A stretch of 62,266 nt of DNA, the filler included, from Actinomycetota bacterium (GTDB lineage: Bacteria; Actinomycetota; CADDZG01; JAHWKV01; JAOPZY01): the NCBI GenBank assembly GCA_025963875.1. It is 8 parts of 8 records of this genome, joined end to end, with 100 filler letters (N's around TTAATTAATTAA, not from the genome) between each part and the next. Parts side by side here need not be neighbours in the genome. Positions count along the whole stretch, not along the records: positions 7,409 to 35,384 come from JAOPZY010000133.1; positions 35,485 to 40,439 come from JAOPZY010000050.1; 6 more parts are not named here. One strand, 5' to 3'. Under the pieces are notes generated by a model, which made no database searches, was not told the DNA's origin, and was given only the letters and a program-made list of their open reading frames with translations. The stretch's first letter is position 1, and each line of letters opens with the position of its first letter. This document shows, piece by piece, positions 28,100 to 37,380 of this stretch. The translations under genes and the position numbers were made by a program.

Positions 28100-29860
28100 A
28101 TGGAACTTCACGCGCTACGGCAGGACCAGGTCCTGCAAGCTGGGCAGGCCGACGTCGGGGCCTTCCGGGAGCGCCAGCGACGCAGGCGGCTGCGAAACCT
28201 GACGCTGCTGTTGGCACCCGTGGCGGTGTGGATGTGGGTCCGCATCCTCACCCACAACCCGATTGGGCTGCCCCTGATGACGCCCAGGTGGGTGGTGTTC
28301 TTTCCGACGCTGGCCCTCATCGTCCTGCTGGGGGGCGCCCTGATGGTCCCGCTCCTCGGCGCCGGCCGCTCGCCGCACGTGCTGTTCCGCCCCCATGACA
28401 TCGACATCTCCCTCGAGGACGTGAAGGGTATCCCGGCCGTCGTGGACGAGGTCGTGAAGACGCTGAACCTCTTCCTCGCCCACAAGACCTTCCGGGACCG
28501 AATGGGAGGGACCCCCCGGCGGGCCATCCTCTTCGAGGGACCTCCGGGCACGGGCAAGACCTACCTCGCAAAAGCCATGGCCAGGGAGGCGGGCGTTCCG
28601 TTCTTGTTCGTCTCCTCCTCGGCGTTCCAGTCGATGTACTACGGCCAGACCAACCGCAAGATCCGCTCCTTCTTCCGTGCCCTCCGCTCGGCGGCCCGCC
28701 GGGAGGGCGGCGCTATCGGCTTCATCGAGGAGATCGACGCCATCGGGGCCAGCCGGTCGGGGGCCGGGCCGGCCGGGGTGCGGGAGGGCGTGGCGGGCGT
28801 CGTCAACGAGCTGCTCGTCCAGCTCCAGTCCTTCGACGTGCCCCCGGCGTCCGTGCGGGTGCGGGGCTGGGTGGTCGACCGGGTGAACCGGCTGCTTCCC
28901 GCGGACCGGCAGCGCCATGGGCCGAAGGTCCTGCCGGCCAACATCCTGGTCATCGGCGCCACGAACCGGGCCGCCGACCTCGACCCTGCCCTCCTGCGGC
29001 CTGGGCGCTTCGACCGGACCATCGCCTTCGACCTGCCCAGCCGGGCCGGCCGCCGGGAGATCATCGACTTCTACCTCGGCCGCAAGGCCCACGACGAGCT
29101 CATGGACGAGGCTGTCACGCGGGACACCTTGGCGGCCATGACCTTCGGCTACTCCCCGGTGATGATCGAGCACCTCTTCGACGAGGCCCTCGTGTGGGCG
29201 CTACGCCGGGGCGGCGACAGGCTCAGCTGGCCCGACGTGCAGCAGGCCAAGATGACCGAGGAGATCGGCCTCGCTCAGCCCGTCGAGTACACCGAGGGGG
29301 AGCGGCGCGCCATCGCTACGCACGAAGCGGGCCACGCAACCGTGGCGTGGCTGGTGGGCAAGAGCCGCAAGCTCGAGGTCCTCTCGATCATCAAGCACAA
29401 GGACGCCCTGGGGCTGCTGGCCCACTCCGACCGTGAGGAGCGCTTCACGAAGACCCGCTCCGAGATCGAGGAGCTCATCAAGATCGCCATGGGCGGCATG
29501 GTCGCCGAGGAGCTGTTTCTGGGGGAGACGACCTCCGGGGTGGCCGGCGATCTCCAGGCCGCAACCACGGCCGCTGCCCAGATGGTGGGCACCCTCGGCA
29601 TGGCAGGCACCCTGTTTTCCCATAGCGCCGTGCGGCGGGTCGAGCTCGATCTGACCGGCAGGGTCAGCGCCACCGAGGACGGTCTCGCCCGCATCGAGGC
29701 GATCCTGGAGACCGCCCGGGACGAGGTCCGCACGATGCTGCGCATGCACTCCCACGTCGTCGAGGGACTGCGTGACGCGTTGCTGGCCCGGGACGAGCTG
29801 ATCGGCGAGGAGATCCTCGACGCGATCCGAGCGGTCAGGCCGAAGCCGGCAACACCTTGA
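28100..29860 (+). CDS. FtsH-like AAA+ M41 metalloprotease without extracytoplasmic domain
   Basis: 2 TM helices, GPPGTGKT, FIEEID, ATNRAADLDPALLRPGRFDR, HEAGH, SGVAGDL. Confidence 0.9.
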   Translation: MELHALRQDQVLQAGQADVGAFRERQRRRRLRNLTLLLAPVAVWMWVRILTHNPIGLPLMTPRWVVFFPTLALIVLLGGALMVPLLGAGRSPHVLFRPHDIDISLEDVKGIPAVVDEVVKTLNLFLAHKTFRDRMGGTPRRAILFEGPPGTGKTYLAKAMAREAGVPFLFVSSSAFQSMYYGQTNRKIRSFFRALRSAARREGGAIGFIEEIDAIGASRSGAGPAGVREGVAGVVNELLVQLQSFDVPPASVRVRGWVVDRVNRLLPADRQRHGPKVLPANILVIGATNRAADLDPALLRPGRFDRTIAFDLPSRAGRREIIDFYLGRKAHDELMDEAVTRDTLAAMTFGYSPVMIEHLFDEALVWALRRGGDRLSWPDVQQAKMTEEIGLAQPVEYTEGERRAIATHEAGHATVAWLVGKSRKLEVLSIIKHKDALGLLAHSDREERFTKTRSEIEELIKIAMGGMVAEELFLGETTSGVAGDLQAATTAAAQMVGTLGMAGTLFSHSAVRRVELDLTGRVSATEDGLARIEAILETARDEVRTMLRMHSHVVEGLRDALLARDELIGEEILDAIRAVRPKPATP

Positions 29861-30911
29861 CCTCGCTCGGGTACATGCTGCGCATCCGCCCGATCTCGGG
29901 ATCGATCACGCCCCGCGCAATCAGCTCCGAGAGCGCAACCTCGAAGGTTTGCATCCCCTCCCGCTGCCCGGTCAGCACGACGTTGCGGATGTGGTGGCTC
30001 TTGCCCTCCTTGATGAGGTTCCGCACCGCATGGGTGGCCAGCAGGACCTCGAAGGCGGCGACCCGGCCGCCACCGATCCGCGGCAGGAGCTGCTGGTAGC
30101 AGACCGCCTGGAGGGAGTTGGCGAGCTGGACGCGGATCTGGCCCTGCTGCTCGGCCGGGAAAACGTCGACGATGCGGTCGAGCGCCTGGGCCGTGTCGTT
30201 GGTGTGCAGCGTGGCGAAGACCAGGTGTCCGGTCTCGGCCACGGTCAGCGCGATACGAATCGTCTCCAGATCCCGCATCTCGCCGATGAGCAGGACATCG
30301 GGATCTTCTCGCAGCGCCGAGCGCAGCGCCTGGGTGAACGAGTGCGTATCCTCGCCGACCTCGCGCTGGTTGACGGCCGAAAGGTGGTGCCGGTGGACGT
30401 ACTCGATCGGGTCCTCGATGGTGAGGATGTGGCAGGCCCGGGTGCGGTTGATGTGATCGAGCATCGACGCCAGGGTGGTGGACTTGCCGCAGCCGGTCGG
30501 ACCGGTCACGAGGATGAGCCCGTGGGGAAGCTGCATCAGGCGCTCGGTGACCAGCGGGAGCCCCAGATCCCGAAACGTTGGAATCTCGAAGGGGATGGCA
30601 CGCACGGCCAGCGCAAAGGACCCCCGCTGCAGGAAGGCGTTGCCCCGGAACCGCGCCAGGCTCCGCCAGTTGAACGAGAAGTCAATTTCCTTGTCTGCCT
30701 TGAAGCGGGCCACCATGTCCTCGGAGAGGATGCCCAGGACCATTCGCTCGACCTCGTCGGGACGAAGCGCTGCCACACCATGCATCGGCGTCAGCATGCC
30801 GTCGACCCGCAGGAGCGGGGGTGCCCCGACGGTCAGGAGGAGGTCACTCGCCTTGCGCTCCCAGAGCGCCTCGAGGTAACGATCAATCGGGTCCGATTTC
30901 GCCCTGGCCAT
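29835..30911 (-). CDS. pilT: Type IV pilus retraction ATPase
   Basis: ASDLLL, GPTGCGKS, TIEDPIE, QREVG, SALREDPD, AETGH, AVRNLIKE. Confidence 0.95.
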   Translation of the reverse strand: MARAKSDPIDRYLEALWERKASDLLLTVGAPPLLRVDGMLTPMHGVAALRPDEVERMVLGILSEDMVARFKADKEIDFSFNWRSLARFRGNAFLQRGSFALAVRAIPFEIPTFRDLGLPLVTERLMQLPHGLILVTGPTGCGKSTTLASMLDHINRTRACHILTIEDPIEYVHRHHLSAVNQREVGEDTHSFTQALRSALREDPDVLLIGEMRDLETIRIALTVAETGHLVFATLHTNDTAQALDRIVDVFPAEQQGQIRVQLANSLQAVCYQQLLPRIGGGRVAAFEVLLATHAVRNLIKEGKSHHIRNVVLTGQREGMQTFEVALSELIARGVIDPEIGRMRSMYPSEVKVLPASA

Positions 30912-30983
30912 GGTTTCTCCCTCTTGCCTCGCGATCCGGGGGCCTCGGGCCCAGGGCGGCAAACGGCATGCCCGCTCACTCGA

Positions 30984-31010
30984 TCATCGGCTGTTCCTGT
31001 TCAAAAATGA
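30984..31010 (-). promoter_or_regulatory. Possible sigma28 (FliA/WhiG)-type promoter for pilT
   Basis: Minus strand TCAT-N15-GCCGATGA. Confidence 0.4.
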
Positions 31011-31079
31011 ATGGCTCAAAGGCGCCATTCTTGGCCAGGCCCGACAGTCGCGGGGTCGCGGGCCGTGGCAGGATGCGAC

Positions 31080-32444
31080 GTGCCCACGCTTGGTCCCCGT
31101 ATCGTTATCTCCGGAACCCACTCCGGGGTGGGCAAGACCACGGTCGCCACGGGGTTGATGGCTGCCCTGGCAAGCCGGGGCCGGCGGGTGGTCTCGGCCA
31201 AGGTGGGGCCGGACTTCATCGACCCGGGATACCACTCACTCACCACGGGGTGCCCGGGGCGCTCCCTGGACGCGTGGTTGTCCGGGGAGGAGAACCTCGC
31301 CGCGCTTGCGGCTGCCGGGACCGAGGGAGCCGACCTCCTGATCGTCGAAGGTGTGATGGGTCTGTTCGATGGGACCGCTCAGCCCGGTTGCGACGGGTCC
31401 ACGGCTGCGGTCGCCCGCCTCCTCGAGGCTCCTGTGGTTCTGGTGGTCGATGCCTCGGCCATGAGCGGCTCGGTTGCGGCGGTGGTGCACGGCTACCGGG
31501 ACCTGGACCGACGGGTCGATGTGGCCGGCGTCATCCTGAATCGTGTCGGCGGAGAAGGCCACGCGATCCTGCTCCGGGAGGCCCTGGAGCCACTCGGCGT
31601 CCCGGTGCTGGGCGTCGTCCACGACGACGATGCCCTGGCCTGGCGGGAGCGCCATCTCGGGCTGGTGCCGGTGGCCGAGCATCCCGATGCGGTGCGGGCA
31701 GCCCTGACAAGGCTCGGAGCCGCCATCGAGGCGAGCTGCGACCTGGCCGCCATCGAGGCGATCGCCCGGGCCGCTCCGGGCAGGACGGTGCCCCCCGCAC
31801 CGCAGGCCAGGCCGGTGGCCAGCGTCCGCCTCGCGCTGGCTGCCGGGCCGGCGTTCAGCTTCACCTACCCGGAGAACCTGGCCCTCCTTCAGCAGGCAGG
31901 CGCCGAGTTGGTGCCCTTTGATCCGCTGGAGGATCCACACCTGCCGGCGGGCTGCGATGCCCTCTATGCGGGTGGCGGCTTTCCGGAGGTGTTCGCACCG
32001 GCGCTCGCAGGGAACCTGCCGCTCCTTCAGAGCGTGCGTCATGCGGTGGCAGGCGGCCTCGTCGCCTGGGCCGAGTGCGGCGGGCTCCTGTGGCTCTGCC
32101 GCCGCCTCGACGGGAAACCCATGGTAGGGGCCATCCCGGCCGAGGCACGGATGACCGAGCAGCTCACCATCGGCTACCGCAGCGCCGTGACCCGAGTGGT
32201 CAGCCCGTTCGGGGCGCCGGGTGTGGACCTGCGGGGCCATGAGTTCCACCGCACCGTGGCCGAGCCGGCGGGAGACGCCCTGGCACTGACGGGCTGTTTC
32301 GGGGAAGGCAGGGCGGGTTTCGCCTCGCCGACGATGTTCGCCAGCTACCTCCACCAGCACATCGCCACCTCACCGGCTATCGCGGAGCGCTTCGTCGCAG
32401 CGGCCGCCGGTCAGGGCTTGCGGGCCACCCAACCGACCATTTAG
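31080..32444 (+). CDS. cobB: Cobyrinate a,c-diamide synthase
   Basis: SGVGKTT, KVGPDFIDP, EGVMGLFDG, GGGFPE, AECGG, RGHEFH, ASYLH. Confidence 0.95.
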   Translation: MPTLGPRIVISGTHSGVGKTTVATGLMAALASRGRRVVSAKVGPDFIDPGYHSLTTGCPGRSLDAWLSGEENLAALAAAGTEGADLLIVEGVMGLFDGTAQPGCDGSTAAVARLLEAPVVLVVDASAMSGSVAAVVHGYRDLDRRVDVAGVILNRVGGEGHAILLREALEPLGVPVLGVVHDDDALAWRERHLGLVPVAEHPDAVRAALTRLGAAIEASCDLAAIEAIARAAPGRTVPPAPQARPVASVRLALAAGPAFSFTYPENLALLQQAGAELVPFDPLEDPHLPAGCDALYAGGGFPEVFAPALAGNLPLLQSVRHAVAGGLVAWAECGGLLWLCRRLDGKPMVGAIPAEARMTEQLTIGYRSAVTRVVSPFGAPGVDLRGHEFHRTVAEPAGDALALTGCFGEGRAGFASPTMFASYLHQHIATSPAIAERFVAAAAGQGLRATQPTI

Positions 32445-32454
32445 CCTGCTCATT

Positions 32455-32555
32455 GCAACCGATCGGTCAGCGAAGTCCGGTGTGAACCCGGCGCTGTCCC
32501 GCAACTGTGGATCCTCCTAGGAGGACGAGCCAGGTCGCCTGGCCGGCCGGTAGCG
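32455..32555 (+). ncRNA. Cobalamin riboswitch (short form)
   Basis: gaagtccggtgtgaacccggcgctgtcccgcaactgtg...gagccagg core upstream of a B12-binding-type lipoprotein; boundaries approximate. Confidence 0.9.
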
Positions 32556-32645
32556 ACCAAAGCACGTCGCGGAAACGGGCTGGTCGACCGGCAGACCTCT
32601 CTGTCGTCGAACAAACCATCACCTCGACCGACAGAGAGGAGAACC

Positions 32646-33590
32646 ATGAAACGGTTGCGTCTTGCAGCTGTTGTTGCCGTGGCTGTAATCGGGCTGAGCG
32701 GATGTGCCTCGAAGCCAAGGCCGGCGCCTGCCGCCCAGGCCGCAGGGTCGTTCCCCGTCACCGTCACCGCCGGCAACGGCACCGTCGCCATCCCAGGGCG
32801 TCCGGTGCGGATCGTCTCGATGTCGGCCACCTCCACCGAGATGCTCTACGCCATCGGTGCAGGTCCCCAGGTCGTGGCGGTGGACAAGTACTCGACCGAT
32901 CCCCCCAACGCCCCGACGACGAGCTTCACCGGCTCGGAGACGAGTGCCGAGGGCTACATGACCTTCCGTCCGGACCTTGTCGTGATGGCGTTCGACACCG
33001 GGCACAACCTTGTGGCTCAGCTCGGGCTGCTGCACGTTCCCACCCTGCTCCTCCCGCCCGCCACGTCGATGGACGACACGTACCGCCAGTTCCAAGAGCT
33101 CGGCCAGGCCACGGGCCATGCGGCGGCGGCCACCCAGGAGGTCGCCTCGATCCGCCAACAGCTGGACTCCATCGCCGGCTCCGTCGGCAACCGGGTCAAG
33201 GGTCTCACCTACTACCAGGAGATCGACAACACCCTGTACACGGCCACTTCCAAGACCTTCATCGGCGCCCTGTACGCCCGCCTGGGAATGGTCAACATCT
33301 CGGACCCCGCCGACCATCAGGGGTCGGGGTATCCGCAGCTGTCGGCCGAGTACCTGATCAAGGCCGACCCCGACGTCGTCTTCCTCGCCGACAGTGTGTG
33401 CTGCGCCCAGACGGCAACCACGTTCGGGGCCCGCCCCGGCTACTCCGTCATGAAGGCCGTGCGGCTCGGACACGTCTTTCCCATCGCCGATCCCATCGCC
33501 TCCGAGTGGGGACCCCGGGTCGTGGACTTCCTCCGGACCGTGGCCGACGACGTCACGCACATGACGAGCAGCCCGAGTGCCTCTCCCTGA
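32646..33590 (+). CDS. Helical-backbone substrate-binding lipoprotein (BtuF-like)
   Basis: Lipobox LSGC, RIVSMSATSTEMLYAIGAG, YPQLSAEYLI, WGPRVV; riboswitch upstream. Confidence 0.9.
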   Translation: MKRLRLAAVVAVAVIGLSGCASKPRPAPAAQAAGSFPVTVTAGNGTVAIPGRPVRIVSMSATSTEMLYAIGAGPQVVAVDKYSTDPPNAPTTSFTGSETSAEGYMTFRPDLVVMAFDTGHNLVAQLGLLHVPTLLLPPATSMDDTYRQFQELGQATGHAAAATQEVASIRQQLDSIAGSVGNRVKGLTYYQEIDNTLYTATSKTFIGALYARLGMVNISDPADHQGSGYPQLSAEYLIKADPDVVFLADSVCCAQTATTFGARPGYSVMKAVRLGHVFPIADPIASEWGPRVVDFLRTVADDVTHMTSSPSASP

Positions 33591-33619
33591 GAATGATCCT
33601 GCCCTCCCAACGCGCCGGC

Positions 33620-33668
33620 GGGGTGGTCCTAGTTTTCCACGCATACGGTGGATTTCTGGGACCACCCC
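33620..33668. repeat. 49-bp imperfect hairpin (dispersed family B)
   Basis: ggggtggtcctagttttccac-gcatacg-gtggatttctgggaccacccc, 17/21 paired. Confidence 0.75.
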
Positions 33669-33689
33669 ATCTCTCCGGCCGGATGCTCC

Positions 33690-33989
33690 TTAAGGAGGCG
33701 CGGCATCAACGCCGAAGCGCTCCGAGGCCTGGCCGTCCCGGATCAGCCGGACGCAGAGGCCCGGCAAGCATCCCCGTTCCAGGCATTGAGGAGTGCACAC
33801 ATGGCTGCGTGCGCACGGAAGGCACAGCCGGCGGCCCTCGCACACGTCGCAGCGAGCGTAGAAACGGAGGTCAAGGAGGCCAGAACAGGACGCACAACGT
33901 CCAACCTCGCCGCGCCTGGGAAGCTTCCCGTGGCCGGCGGAGCAGTGGACCGCCGGCTCTTTGTCAGGCGCCGGGGTTTGTATGGCCAT
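33690..33989 (-). CDS. Small Cys-rich putative zinc-binding protein (99 aa)
   Basis: 11 Cys including three CxxC and CxxCxxxHxCxxxC. Confidence 0.55.
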   Translation of the reverse strand: MAIQTPAPDKEPAVHCSAGHGKLPRRGEVGRCASCSGLLDLRFYARCDVCEGRRLCLPCARSHVCTPQCLERGCLPGLCVRLIRDGQASERFGVDAAPP

Positions 33990-34104
33990 AACGTTCGCGA
34001 CCGTAGCACCCCGTGTTCCGTCGATGCTCTGTGCGGGTGGCCTTCGAGTCCCAAAACTGGGCCCGCTCCCGCCCAGGGAAGCGTCACAATCGAGGCGGAG
34101 ACCC

Positions 34105-34162
34105 CCCGAGGCGCCCCTCAAGGCGCCGGATAATGCCCGAGGCGCCCCTCAAGACGCCGGAT
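34105..34162 (-). repeat. Two tandem copies of the 27-bp REP-like repeat
   Basis: cccgaggcgcccctcaaggcgccggat at 34105-34131 and cccgaggcgcccctcaagacgccggat at 34136-34162. Confidence 0.85.
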
Positions 34163-34632
34163 GACTGCGGGGGAGGACCGGCGGTGGCCACGCGCGTAGG
34201 GGACGAGGCCGCAGCTGGGAGCCGGTCGTCGGGGGCCCGGCTCTCCGAGTTGCTGGGCGTGCCGGCACTGCCCTGTTTGGGCCTGGACGGATCTCGTGGG
34301 AGCGCAGACAACACAGAAAGACCTGACTGCTCCAGGCGCTCAAGCTCGAATGCCAGGCTCGTAGCAGAGGCCATCCGGTGGGCGCCACCCTCGCCTACGT
34401 CTCTGCGGTGTGGCCGGAGAACTACCGTCCCTTCTGGCTGCACCCGTTGATGCGCCCGATGACTCGCGTCCTCGCGCGACGAGCGATGCGCAAGAACAAT
34501 GGAGAACCTTGCGTCCATGGCGGAGAAAGCGGGCGAGAAACTCCGCCCCGGGCCGGAGAAGGAGGTTGGGAGCCTACCGCGCGTATGCGCGCGATTCGCT
34601 CCCAACCTCGGGCCAGGGCCCAGGCGCCGCCG

Positions 34633-35384
34633 TCACGCCAGGAGCTCTCGGACGCGCGGGATGACTTCGGTGCCGTACAGCTCGATGTTGGTCATGAGTG
34701 CTTCGTGCGACAGACCTCCCATGCCGTATTTCAGGTCGAAGCGGTTCGCCCCCAGCGTCGTGAGATTGGCAGCGATCTTCTGCGCGACGGTCCCTGGCGA
34801 TCCGACGTACAGCGCTCCTTGTGGGCCGATCTCGTACAGGAAGGACTCCTTGGTCGGGACGGCGAATCCGCGGATCTTGCTGTAGTGGCGGATGACCTCG
34901 AGGTAACGCGGCCAGAACTCGTCGCGGGCCTTCTCGTCGGTGACGGCGACGTGGCCGGGCGAGTGCACCCCGACCGGTAGGGGGGCTCGGCCGAAGCTCT
35001 CCAGTGCCTGGCGGAAGAGCTGGGAGAACGGTGCGAAACGCGCCGGGGACCGCCGATGATCGCAAGCATCAGCGAGAATCCGTACCGTGCCGCGCGGATG
35101 ACCGACTGGGGGCTTCCGCCGACCCCGATCCATGCCGGGAAGGGTCCACCCTCGGTGTGCGGCACGACATCCTGGTTGTGTAGCGATGGGCGCGTCTTGC
35201 CCTGCCACGTGACCGGTCCGCCCTTGAGGAGCTCGGCGAAGAGGTTGGTCTTCTCTTCGAAGAGGTCCTCGTAGTCGGCGAGGTCGTAGCCGAAGAGCGG
35301 GAACGACTCGATGCTGGACCCCCGCCCGAGGACGACCTCCGCCCGACCGCCCGAGATGGCGTCGAGCGTGGAGAAGCGCTGGAA
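34633..35384 (-). pseudogene. LLM-class flavin-dependent oxidoreductase, frameshifted near 35048, 5' truncated by contig end
   Basis: FSTLDAISGGRAE...WIGVGGSPQSV...LAIIGG in one frame and PARFAPF...GALYVGSP...ELYGTEVIPRVR in another; may be an assembly error. Confidence 0.8.
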
Positions 35385-35484
35385 NNNNNNNNNNNNNNNN
35401 NNNNNNNNNNNNNNNNNNNNNNNNNNNNTTAATTAATTAANNNNNNNNNNNNNNNNNNNNNNNNNNNNNNNNNNNNNNNNNNNN
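35385..35484. other. Artificial contig linker
   Basis: N44-TTAATTAATTAA-N44. Confidence 0.98.
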
Positions 35485-35664
35485 ACGTACCTGCTTCCCT
35501 ACTCGTCCACCTACCGGCTCCCGGAGCGGATCGACCACATATGGAACGCCGGTCTGGGCGTGAGCTCGATGGACGTCGACTACTTCAACAACGAGGACGT
35601 CTACGTCCCCAACGGCGGCTCGCTGAGCCTCGGCTTTGACATCCAGATGCAACCGCATCCCTGA
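35485..35664 (+). CDS. 3' end of an unidentified gene
   Basis: Open frame with high-GC3 codons to TGA at 35662. Confidence 0.4.
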   Translation, partial: TYLLPYSSTYRLPERIDHIWNAGLGVSSMDVDYFNNEDVYVPNGGSLSLGFDIQMQPHP

Positions 35665-35739
35665 CCCACCATCCACCGTCCTTGTAGCCTACGGTGCGGC
35701 CTCCCGGCAGGAACGACGCCCGTCCCTACAAGCGGGAAG

Positions 35740-36660
35740 TTAAAGGAGCCCGTTGCTGGTCAGGAAGTCCTTTGCCACCGTGGCGGCGTCCTTGTGGTCG
35801 ATGTCGACCGCGGCATTGAGCGGGACGATGTTGGCCGTCGTCAACTTGGAGAGCACGCCGGCGAGCAGCGTCTTGACGTCCGGCTGCGCAATGAGTAGGG
35901 CCGTGGAGACCTCCGCCGTGATGTTGTCGGCCGGCTGGAGATTCTTGTCGTCGTCGAGCACGACGTAGCCCTTCTTGGCGATGATGGACTGGGTGGAGCA
36001 GAGCTCGGCGATGTCGATGCTGCCGGCGTCGAGGGCGTTGGCCGTGGCGGTGTCACAGGCGACGATGGGCTGGAACTTGAGCCCGGTGATGCCGTAGACG
36101 CTCTTGAGGCCTGGCAGGCAGACGGGGTTCGTGTTGCACTCCGGGGGCCCCCCGAGCGTGAGCTTGCTGGCGACGGGCTTCAGGTCGCTCACCTTCGCCA
36201 GGTTGTATCTGGTAGCGGTTGCCTTCGTGACGACGAAGGCATTCGTGTCGTTGGCTGCCGAGGGGTCCAGCACCGTCAGGCCCTTCGGGGCGAGCAGGGC
36301 GTTGTCCTGCGCCGTCTCCGATACGGGGTCCGAGGACTTCGTGCCCTTGAGGGAGGCGAGCAGGGAGCCGACGTACTCGGGGGCCACCTGGATCGTGCCC
36401 GGCATCGCCGGTTGCAGGACGGCCCGCTGGCCGAGACTGAGCTGCTTGGTGACCTTGTAGCCCGCCTTGGTCAGGACCTGTGCGAACATCTCCGCGACGA
36501 TCTGACTCTCGCTGAAGGTGACCGAGCCAACCGTGACGGACGGCTTCGGCGTGGACGAGGGAGAGGAACCGGTCGTCGTCGACTTGCCTCCGCAGGCGGT
36601 CGCCACCAGTGCCATGACGAGCATTGCCGCCGTTGACCAGAACCTGCGCTTGCGCACCAT
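35740..36660 (-). CDS. Osmoprotectant (glycine betaine/choline) ABC substrate-binding lipoprotein
   Basis: Lipobox ATAC, FSESQIVAE, PEYVGS, LDDDKNLQPADN. Confidence 0.92.
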   Translation of the reverse strand: MVRKRRFWSTAAMLVMALVATACGGKSTTTGSSPSSTPKPSVTVGSVTFSESQIVAEMFAQVLTKAGYKVTKQLSLGQRAVLQPAMPGTIQVAPEYVGSLLASLKGTKSSDPVSETAQDNALLAPKGLTVLDPSAANDTNAFVVTKATATRYNLAKVSDLKPVASKLTLGGPPECNTNPVCLPGLKSVYGITGLKFQPIVACDTATANALDAGSIDIAELCSTQSIIAKKGYVVLDDDKNLQPADNITAEVSTALLIAQPDVKTLLAGVLSKLTTANIVPLNAAVDIDHKDAATVAKDFLTSNGLL

Positions 36661-36705
36661 CGTTTCCTCCCCTTAGGACGCTTCTCTGCACGTACCGGCG
36701 CAACC

Positions 36706-37380
36706 CTATACCCGAACTCTGCGCAGGGCGGGGAGCCTGCCGGCCAGGCCGAATGCGAGGTCGACCACGAGGGCAAAAACGGCGATGAGGATGGCGCCCC
36801 CCACGAGCTGGGGGTAGTCGTAGCTGGCGAACCCGTCCACGATGAATCGCCCGAGACCCCCCCACCCGAAGACGGCGCCGAACCCCACCGTGGCGGCTAC
36901 CTGCACGGCGACGGTGCGGGTGGTGTCGAGCATGAGCGAGGAGGCGAGCGGGAGTTCGAGCCGGAGGAGGACCTGGCGCTCGCCCATCCCGATCCCCCGG
37001 GCTGCCTCGACGGTGTCGGGATCGACGCCGCTCACTGCCACGAAGGTGTTCGTGAGCAACGGTGGCACTGCCAGGAAGACGAGCGCGATCAGCGTCGGCC
37101 AGAAGGCGAATGGGCGGGTCCGGAGCAACAGGCGGTAAGCAAAATAGAGGACGGCGAACGTCGGGAGTGCCCGCCCCACGCCAGCCGCGTTGACCGCCAG
37201 GAAGGCCCCCTTCCGGGCGTGGCCGATGACCAGGCCTACCGGCAGGGCGACGATCAGGGCGATCAGCATCGCCAGGGCGAACATCTCGGCATGCTCCCCC
37301 AGACGCTGCAGGATGCCCCCCGCCCCCACCCAGTGAGCCCCATCGGCCAGCCAGGCCAGGCCCTGCCGGAAGATGCCCAT
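36706..37380 (-). CDS. Osmoprotectant ABC permease
   Basis: EAARGIGM loop, GGLGRFI. Confidence 0.92.
   Translation of the reverse strand: MGIFRQGLAWLADGAHWVGAGGILQRLGEHAEMFALAMLIALIVALPVGLVIGHARKGAFLAVNAAGVGRALPTFAVLYFAYRLLLRTRPFAFWPTLIALVFLAVPPLLTNTFVAVSGVDPDTVEAARGIGMGERQVLLRLELPLASSLMLDTTRTVAVQVAATVGFGAVFGWGGLGRFIVDGFASYDYPQLVGGAILIAVFALVVDLAFGLAGRLPALRRVRV

Noticed and set aside
34105..34162. Tandem 27-bp repeats as a CRISPR array
   Set aside because: Only two copies with a 4-bp gap, no spacers, no cas genes.
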